A stretch of DNA of 64,000 bases, from positions 186,001 through 250,000 of the forward strand of contig NC_134028.1 of the NCBI RefSeq assembly GCF_964204645.1, read 5' to 3'. Below are positions 54,701 through 64,000 of this stretch, piece after piece. The translations under genes were made by a program, and so were the position numbers. Every line of letters starts with the position of its first letter. Within the stretch, counting starts at the first letter, position 1. The notes beneath the pieces are model-generated. The model had not been told where the DNA came from. It worked only from the letters and a program-made list of their open reading frames with translations, and made no database searches. The DNA is from Tubulanus polymorphus (lineage: Eukaryota > Animalia > Nemertea).

Positions 54701-56609
54701 TAAGATAGAATTCATCATCTTTAGGACCCTATTTTGCAAGAAAAATCTGTATCTTTCAGTCCATCTACTCGAAATCAGTTCAGTTTACCTTAACCTATCA
54801 TTTCAGATCGAGTCCATCATCTTCAGGAGCATAAATAGCCAGAAAATTCTTAATCTTTCCACCTATCTATTTGAAATCAGTTCAATACGCCTTAACACAT
54901 CTTTTCAGATTGAATCCATCATCTTCAGAACCAAAAGCAGCCAGAAAATTCTTAATCTTTCAACCTATCTATTTGAAATCAGTTCAGTACACCCTAACCC
55001 ATCAATTAAGATAGAATTCATCATCTTTAGGACCCTATTTTGCAAGAAAAATCTGTATCTTTCAGTCCGTCTACTCGAAATCAGTTCAGTTTACCTTAAC
55101 CTATCATTTCAGATCGAGTCCATCATCTTCAGGAGCATAAATAGCCAGAAAATTCTTAATCTTTCCACCTATCTATTTGAAATCAGTTCAATACGCCTTA
55201 GCCCATCTTTTCAGATTGAGTCCATCATCTTCAGAACCAAAGGCAGCCAGAAAATTCTGATTCTTTCCACCTATCTATTTGAAATCAGTTCAGTTCACCC
55301 TAACCCATCAATTAAGATAGAATTCATCATCTTTAGGACCCTATTTTGCAAGAAAAATCTGTATCTTTCAGTCCATCTACTCGAAATCAGTTCAGTTTAC
55401 CTTAACCTATCATTTCAGATCGAGTCCATCATCTTCAGGAGCATAAATAGCCAGAAAATTCTTAATCTTTCCACCTATCCATTTGAAATCAGTTCAGTAC
55501 ACCCTAACCCATCAATTAAGATAGAATTCATCATCTTTAGGACCCTATTTTGCAAGAAAAATCTGTATCTTTCAGTCCATCTACTCGAAATCAGTTCAGT
55601 TTACCTTAACCTATCATTTCAGATCGAGTCCATCATCTTCAGGAGCATAAATAGCCAGAAAATTCTTAATCTTTCCACCTATCTATTTGAAATCAGTTCA
55701 ATACGCCTTAGCCCATCTTTTCAGATTGAGTCCATCATCTTCAGAACCAAAGGCAGCCAGAAAATTCTGATTCTTTCCATCTATCTATTTGAAATCAGTT
55801 CAGTTCACCCTAACTCATCAATTAAGATAGAATTCATCATCTTTAGGACCCTATTTTGCAAGAAAAATCTGTATCTTTCAGTCCATCTACTCGAAATCAG
55901 TTCAGTTTACCTTAACCTATCATTTCAGATCGAGTCCATCATCTTCAGGAGCATAAATAGCCAGAAAATTCTTAATCTTTCCACCTATCTATTTGAAATC
56001 AGTTCAATACGCCTTAGCCCATCTTTTCAGATTGAGTCCATCATCTTCAGAACCAAAGGCAGCCAGAAAATTCTGATTCTTTCCACCTATCTATTTGAAA
56101 TCAGTTCAGTTCACCCTAACTCATCAATTAAGATAGAATTCATCATCTTTAGGACCCTATTTTGCAAGAAAAATCTGTATCTTTCAGTCCATCTACTCGA
56201 AATCAGTTCAGTTTACCTTAACCTATCATTTCAGATCGAGTCCATCATCTTCAGGAGCATAAATAACCAGAAAATTCTTAATCTTTCAACCTATCTGTTT
56301 GAAATCAGTTCAGTACACCCTAACCCATCAATTAAGATAGAATTCATCATCTTTAGGACCCTATTTTGCAAGAAAAATCTGTATCTTTCAGTCCATCTAC
56401 TCGAAATCAGTTCAGTTTACCTTAACCTATCATTTCAGATCGAGTCCATCATCTTCAGGAGCATAAATAACCAGAAAATTCTTAATCTTTCCACCTATCT
56501 ATTTGAAATCAGTTCAATACGCCTTAGCCCATCTTTTCAGATTCAGTCCATCATCTTCAGAACCAAAGGCAGCCAGAAAATTCTTAATCTTTCCACCTAT
56601 CTGTTTGAA
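51714..56609 (+). repeat. HOR-gamma: rearranged 4,896-bp 48-mer with an internal 1,428-bp (14-mer) duplication
   Basis: TAG 51744 to 56640 = 4896. GTCCGT occurs at 53641 and 55069, and TCCATCTATC at 54352 and 55780 (both +1428). The CTACTTGAA block found in other units is missing. Confidence 0.88.
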
Positions 56610-59600
56610 ATCAGTTCAGTTCACCCTAACCCATCAATTTAGATAGAATTCATCATCTTTAGGACCCTATTTTGCAAGAAAAACCTGTATCTTTCAGTCC
56701 ATCTGCTCGAAATCAGTTCAGTTTACCTTAACCTATCATTTCAGATCGAGTCCATCATCTTCAGGAGCATAAATAGCCAGAAAATTCTTAATCTTTCCAC
56801 CTATCTATTTGAAATCAGTTCAATACGCCTTAACACATCTTTTCAGATTGAATCCATCATCTTCAGAACCAAAAGCAGCCAGAAAATTCTGATTCTTTCA
56901 ACCTATCTATTTGAAATCAGTTCAGTACACCCTAACCCATCAATTAAGATAGAACTCATCATCTTTAGGACCCTATTTTGCAAGAAAAATCTGTATCTTT
57001 CAGTCCATCTGCTCGAAATCAGTTCAGTTTACCTTAACCTATCATTTCAGATCGAGTCCATCATCTTCAGGAGCATAAATAGCCAGAAAATTCTTAATCT
57101 TTCCACCTATCTATTTGAAATCAGTTCAATACGCCTTAACACATCTTTTCAGATTGAATCCATCATCTTCAGAACCAAAAGCAGCCAGAAAATTCTTAAT
57201 CTTTCAACCTATCTATTTGAAATCAGTTCAGTACACCCTAACCCATCAATTAAGATAGAATTCATCATCTTTAGGACCCTATTTTGCAAGAAAAATCTGT
57301 ATCTTTCAGTCCATCTACTCGAAATCAGTTCAGTTTACCTTAACCTATCATTTCAGATCGAGTCCATCATCTTCAGGAGCATAAATAGCCAGAAAATTCT
57401 TAATCTTTCCACCTATCTATTTGAAATCAGTTCAATACGCCTTAGCCCATCTTTTCAGATTGAGTCCATCATCTTCAGAACCAAAGGCAGCCAGAAAATT
57501 CTGATTCTTTCCACCTATCTATTTGAAATCAGTTCAGTTCACCCTAACCCATCAATTAAGGTAGAATTCATCATCTTTAGGACCCTATTTTGCAAGAAAA
57601 ATCTGTATCTTTCAGTCCATCTACTCGAAATCAGTTCAGTTTACCTTAACCTATCATTTCAGATCGAGTCCATCATCTTCAGGAGCATAAATAGCCAGAT
57701 AATTCTGAATCTTTCCACCTATCTATTTGAAATCAGTTCAATACGCCTTAGCCCATCTTTTCAGATTCAGTCCATCATCTTCAGAACCAAAGGCAGCCAG
57801 AAAATTCTGATTCTTTCCACCTATCTATTTGAAATCAGTTCAGTTCACCCTAACCCATCAATTAAGATAGAATTCATCATCTTTAGGACCCTATTTTGCA
57901 AGAAAAATCTGTATCTTTCAGTCCATCTACTCGAAATCAGTTCAGTTTACCTTAACCTATCATTTCAGATCGAGTCCATCATCTTCAAGAGCATAAATAG
58001 CCAGGAAATTCTTAATCTTTCCACCTATCTATTTGAAATCAGTTCAATACGCCTTAACCCATCTTTTCAGATTGAGTCCATCATCTTCAGAACCAAAGGC
58101 AGCAAGAAAATTCTGATTCTTTCAACCTATCTATTTGAAATCAGTTCAGTACACCCTAACCGATCATTTAAGATAGAACTCATCATCTTTAGGACCCTAT
58201 TTTGCAAGAAAAATCTGTATCTTTCAGTCCATCTGCTCGAAATCAGTTCAGTTTACCTTAACCTATCATTTCAGATCGAGTCCATCATCTTCAGGAGCAT
58301 AAATAGCCAGAAAATTCTTAATCTTTCCACCTATCTATTTGAAATCAGTTCAATACGCCTTAACACATCTTTTCAGATTGAATCCATCATCTTCAGAACC
58401 AAAAGCAGCCAGAAAATTCTTAATCTTTCAACCTATCTATTTGAAATCAGTTCAGTACACCCTAACCCATCAATTAAGATAGAATTCATCATCTTTAGGA
58501 CCCTATTTTGCAAGAAAAATCTGTATCTTTCAGTCCATCTACTTGAAATCAGTTCAGTTTACCTTAACCTATCATTTCAGATCGAGTCCATCATCTTCAG
58601 GAGCATAAATAGCCAGAAAATTCTTAATCTTTCCACCTATCTATTTGAAATCAGTTCAATACGCCTTAGCCCATCTTTTCAGATTGAGTCCATCATCTTC
58701 AGAACCAAAGGCAGCCAGAAAATTCTGATTCTTTCAACCTATCTATTTGAAATCAGTTCAGTTCACCCTAACCCATCAATTAAGATAGAATTCATCATCT
58801 TTAGGACCCTATTTTGCAAGAAAAATCTGTATCTTTCAGTCCATCTACTCGAAATCAGTTCAGTTTACCTTAACCTATCATTTCAGATCGAGTCCATCAT
58901 CTTCAGGAGCATAAATAGCCAGAAAATTCTTAATCTTTCCACCTATCTATTTGAAATCAGTTCAATACGCCTTAACACATCTTTTCAGATTGAATCCATC
59001 ATCTTCAGAACCAAAAGCAGCCAGAAAATTCTTAATCTTTCAACCTATCTATTTGAAATCAGTTCAGTACACCCTAACCCATCAATTAAGATAGAATTCA
59101 TCATCTTTAGGACCCTATTTTGCAAGAAAAATCTGTATCTTTCAGTCCGTCTACTCGAAATCAGTTCAGTTTACCTTAACCTATCATTTCAGATCGAGTC
59201 CATCATCTTCAGGAGCATAAATAGCCAGAAAATTCTTAATCTTTCCACCTATCTATTTGAAATCAGTTCAATACGCCTTAGCCCATCTTTTCAGATTGAG
59301 TCCATCATCTTCAGAACCAAAGGCAGCCAGAAAATTCTGATTCTTTCCACCTATCTATTTGAAATCAGTTCAGTTCACCCTAACCCATCAATTAAGATAG
59401 AATTCATCATCTTTAGGACCCTATTTTGCAAGAAAAATCTGTATCTTTCAGTCCATCTACTCGAAATCAGTTCAGTTTACCTTAACCTATCATTTCAGAT
59501 CGAGTCCATCATCTTCAGGAGCATAAATAGCCAGAAAATTCTTAATCTTTCCACCTATCCATTTGAAATCAGTTCAGTACACCCTAACCCATCAATTAAG

Positions 59601-62600
59601 ATAGAATTCATCATCTTTAGGACCCTATTTTGCAAGAAAAATCTGTATCTTTCAGTCCATCTACTCGAAATCAGTTCAGTTTACCCTTTAACCTATCATT
59701 TCAGATCGAGTCCATCATCTTCAGGAGCATAAATAGCCAGAAAATTCTTAATCTTTCCACCTATCTATTTGAAATCAGTTCAATACGCCTTAGCCCATCT
59801 TTTCAGATTGAGTCCATCATCTTCAGAACCAAAGGCAGCCAGAAAATTCTGATTCTTTCCATCTTTCTATTTGAAATCAGTTCAGTTCACCCTAACTCAT
59901 CAATTAAGATAGAATTCATCATCTTTAGGACCCTATTTTGCAAGAAAAATCTGTATCTTTCAGTCCATCTACTCGAAATCAGTTCAGTTTACCTTAACCT
60001 ATCATTTCAGATCGAGTCCATCATCTTCAGGAGCATAAATAGCCAGAAAATTCTTAATCTTTCCACCTATCTATTTGAAATCAGTTCAATACGCCTTAGC
60101 CCATCTTTTCAGATTGAGTCCATCATCTTCAGAACCAAAGGCAGCCAGAAAATTCTGATTCTTTCCACCTATCTATTTGAAATCAGTTCAGTTCACCCTA
60201 ACTCATCAATTAAGATAGAATTCATCATCTTTAGGACCCTATTTTGCAAGAAAAATCTGTATCTTTCAGTCCATCTACTCGAAATCAGTTCAGTTTACCT
60301 TAACCTATCATTTCAGATCGAGTCCATCATCTTCAGGAGCATAAATAACCAGAAAATTCTTAATCTTTCAACCTATCTGTTTGAAATCAGTTCAGTACAC
60401 CCTAACCCATCAATTAAGATAGAATTCATCATCTTTAGGACCCTATTTTGCAAGAAAAATCTGTATCTTTCAGTCCATCTACTCGAAATCAGTTCAGTTT
60501 ACCTTAACCTATCATTTCAGATCGAGTCCATCATCTTCAGGAGCATAAATAACCAGAAAATTCTTAATCTTTCCACCTATCTATTTGAAATCAGTTCAAT
60601 ACGCCTTAGCCCATCTTTTCAGATTCAGTCCATCATCTTCAGAACCAAAGGCAGCCAGAAAATTCTTAATCTTTCCACCTATCTGTTTGAAATCAGTTCA
60701 GTTCACCCTAACCCATCAATTTAGATAGAATTCATCATCTTTAGGACCCTATTTTGCAAGAAAAACCTGTATCTTTCAGTCCATCTGCTCGAAATCAGTT
60801 CAGTTTACCTTAACCTATCATTTCAGATCGAGTCCATCATCTTCAGGAGCATAAATAGCCAGAAAATTCTTAATCTTTCCACCTATCTATTTGAAATCAG
60901 TTCAATACGCCTTAACACATCTTTTCAGATTGAATCCATCATCTTCAGAACCAAAAGCAGCCAGAAAATTCTGATTCTTTCAACCTATCTATTTGAAATC
61001 AGTTCAGTACACCCTAACCCATCAATTAAGATAGAACTCATCATCTTTAGGACCCTATTTTGCAAGAAAAATCTGTATCTTTCAGTCCATCTGCTCGAAA
61101 TCAGTTCAGTTTACCTTAACCTATCATTTCAGATCGAGTCCATCATCTTCAGGAGCATAAATAGCCAGAAAATTCTTAATCTTTCCACCTATCTATTTGA
61201 AATCAGTTCAATACGCCTTAACACATCTTTTCAGATTGAATCCATCATCTTCAGAACCAAAAGCAGCCAGAAAATTCTTAATCTTTCAACCTATCTATTT
61301 GAAATCAGTTCAGTACACCCTAACCCATCAATTAAGATAGAATTCATCATCTTTAGGACCCTATTTTGCAAGAAAAATCTGTATCTTTCAGTCCATCTAC
61401 TTGAAATCAGTTCAGTTTACCTTAACCTATCATTTCAGATCGAGTCCATCATCTTCAGGAGCATAAATAGCCAGAAAATTCTTAATCTTTCCACCTATCT
61501 ATTTGAAATCAGTTCAATACGCCTTAGCCCATCTTTTCAGATTGAGTCCATCATCTTCAGAACCAAAGGCAGCCAGAAAATTCTGATTCTTTCAACCTAT
61601 CTATTTGAAATCAGTTCAGTTCACCCTAACCCATCAATTAAGATAGAATTCATCATCTTTAGGACCCTATTTTGCAAGAAAAATCTGTATCTTTCAGTCC
61701 ATCTACTCGAAATCAGTTCAGTTTACCTTAACCTATCATTTCAGATCGAGTCCATCATCTTCAGGAGCATAAATAGCCAGAAAATTCTTAATCTTTCCAC
61801 CTATCTATTTGAAATCAGTTCAATACGCCTTAACACATCTTTTCAGATTGAATCCATCATCTTCAGAACCAAAAGCAGCCAGAAAATTCTTAATCTTTCA
61901 ACCTATCTATTTGAAATCAGTTCAGTACACCCTAACCCATAAATTAAGATAGAATTCATCATCTTTAGGACCCTATTTTGCAAGAAAAATCTGTATCTTT
62001 CAGTCCGTCTACTCGAAATCAGTTCAGTTTACCTTAACCTATCATTTCAGATCGAGTCCATCATCTTCAGGAGCATAAATAGCCAGAAAATTCTTAATCT
62101 TTCCACCTATCTATTTGAAATCAGTTCAATACGCCTTAGCCCATCTTTTCAGATTGAGTCCATCATCTTCAGAACCAAAGGCAGCCAGAAAATTCTGATT
62201 CTTTCCACCTATCTATTTGAAATCAGTTCAGTTCACCCTAACCCATCAATTAAGATAGAATTCATCATCTTTAGGACCCTATTTTGCAAGAAAAATCTGT
62301 ATCTTTCAGTCCATCTACTCGAAATCAGTTCAGTTTACCTTAACCTATCATTTCAGATCGAGTCCATCATCTTCAGGAGCATAAATAGCCAGAAAATTCT
62401 TAATCTTTCCACCTATCCATTTGAAATCAGTTCAGTACACCCTAACCCATCAATTAAGATAGAATTCATCATCTTTAGGACCCTATTTTGCAAGAAAAAT
62501 CTGTATCTTTCAGTCCATCTACTCGAAATCAGTTCAGTTTACCTTAACCTATCATTTCAGATCGAGTCCATCATCTTCAGGAGCATAAATAGCCAGAAAA

Positions 62601-63343
62601 TTCTTAATCTTTCCACCTATCTATTTGAAATCAGTTCAATACGCCTTAGCCCATCTTTTCAGATTGAGTCCATCATCTTCAGAACCAAAGGCAGCCAGAA
62701 AATTCTGATTCTTTCCATCTATCTATTTGAAATCAGTTCAGTTCACCCTAACTCATCAATTAAGATAGAATTCATCATCTTTAGGACCCTATTTTGCAAG
62801 AAAAATCTGTATCTTTCAGTCCATCTACTCGAAATCAGTTCAGTTTACCTTAACCTATCATTTCAGATCGAGTCCATCATCTTCAGGAGCATAAATAGCC
62901 AGAAAATTCTTAATCTTTCCACCTATCTATTTGAAATCAGTTCAATACGCCTTAGCCCATCTTTTCAGATTGAGTCCATCATCTTCAGAACCAAAGGCAG
63001 CCAGAAAATTCTGATTCTTTCCACCTATCTATTTGAAATCAGTTCAGTTCACCCTAACTCATCAATTAAGATAGAATTCATCATCTTTAGGACCCTATTT
63101 TGCAAGAAAAATCTGTATCTTTCAGTCCATCTACTCGAAATCAGTTCAGTTTACCTTAACCTATCATTTCAGATCGAGTCCATCATCTTCAGGAGCATAA
63201 ATAACCAGAAAATTCTTAATCTTTCCACCTATCTATTTGAAATCAGTTCAATACGCCTTAGCCCATCTTTTCAGATTCAGTCCATCATCTTCAGAACCAA
63301 AGGCAGCCAGAAAATTCTTAATCTTTCCACCTATCTGTTTGAA
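56610..63343 (+). repeat. Shorter HOR variants: 40-mer (56610-60691) and 26-mer (60692-63343); another unit starts at 63344
   Basis: TAG markers at 56640, 60722 (+4080+2) and 63374 (+2652). The 40-mer has only one copy of the 8-mer. The 26-mer additionally lacks a 12-monomer block (GATAATT/AAGAGC/AACCGA markers) and one dimer. Confidence 0.88.
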
Positions 63344-64000
63344 ATCAGTTCAGTTCACCCTAACCCATCAATTTAGATAGAATTCATCATCTTTAGGACC
63401 CTATTTTGCAAGAAAAACCTGTATCTTTCAGTCCATCTGCTCGAAATCAGTTCAGTTTACCTTAACCTATCATTTCAGATCGAGTCCATCATCTTCAGGA
63501 GCATAAATAGCCAGAAAATTCTTAATCTTTCCACCTATCTATTTGAAATCAGTTCAATACGCCTTAACACATCTTTTCAGATTGAATCCATCATCTTCAG
63601 AACCAAAAGCAGCCAGAAAATTCTGATTCTTTCAACCTATCTATTTGAAATCAGTTCAGTACACCCTAACCCATCAATTAAGATAGAACTCATCATCTTT
63701 AGGACCCTATTTTGCAAGAAAAATCTGTATCTTTCAGTCCATCTGCTCGAAATCAGTTCAGTTTACCTTAACCTATCATTTCAGATCGAGTCCATCATCT
63801 TCAGGAGCATAAATAGCCAGAAAATTCTTAATCTTTCCACCTATCTATTTGAAATCAGTTCAATACGCCTTAACACATCTTTTCAGATTGAATCCATCAT
63901 CTTCAGAACCAAAAGCAGCCAGAAAATTCTTAATCTTTCAACCTATCTATTTGAAATCAGTTCAGTACACCCTAACCCATCAATTAAGATAGAATTCATC

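Larger units (their letters stand above)
1..64000. repeat. Tandem satellite DNA array, 102-bp monomer, ~627 copies, with higher-order structure (centromeric/pericentromeric-like); extends beyond both window edges
   Basis: GAAATCAGTTCA recurs every 102 bp (monomer starts 1, 103, 205, 307, ... = 1+102n up to ~48580). After that the phase shifts by -1, and by a further +2 after ~59690. I saw no unique sequence, inversion or insertion anywhere. Confidence 0.98.

Noticed and set aside
59630-60724. 364-aa ORF with an apparently unique N-terminus
   Set aside because: The N-terminus is satellite sequence read in another frame (TTG start), joined by the 2-bp homopolymer insertion at ~59686, which may be a sequencing error.
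1-64000. CRISPR array (constant GAAATCAGTTCA with variable intervening sequence)
   Set aside because: The intervening sequences are homologous and repeated hundreds of times rather than unique spacers. The constant part is only 12 bp, and there are no cas genes or leader.
1-64000. Assigning a species or named satellite family
   Set aside because: I do not recognise the monomer with confidence, so this needs a database search.

Overview
The whole 64-kb window is one uninterrupted, single-orientation tandem array of satellite DNA, about 627 monomers of 102 bp. It is about 36% GC, with C:G near 2:1 on the + strand. There are three diverged monomer types, A, B and C (hand count: A/B 25, A/C 28, B/C 16 differences per 102 bp). 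They form 306-bp ABC trimers interspersed with 204-bp AB dimers. These build higher-order repeats (HORs): an 816-bp 8-mer sub-block, 25-, 26-, 31- and 40-mers, and a dominant 4,896-bp 48-mer. The left ~19.8 kb is an older-looking mosaic with many private SNPs. The right ~44 kb consists of near-identical HOR copies. I see no credible gene, RNA gene, transposon or CRISPR array. The long ORFs are a by-product of a 34-codon monomer whose consensus lacks stops in one frame, and substitutions show no synonymous bias. The architecture fits eukaryotic centromeric or pericentromeric satellite, but species and function cannot be determined from sequence. The most notable observations are: (1) three differently composed HORs all have exactly 48 monomers; (2) length-preserving conversion tracts, including a chimeric A/C monomer; (3) a possible nested 34 > 102 > 306 bp triplication history; (4) near-absolute conservation of monomer length. 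All counts were made by eye and should be confirmed computationally.
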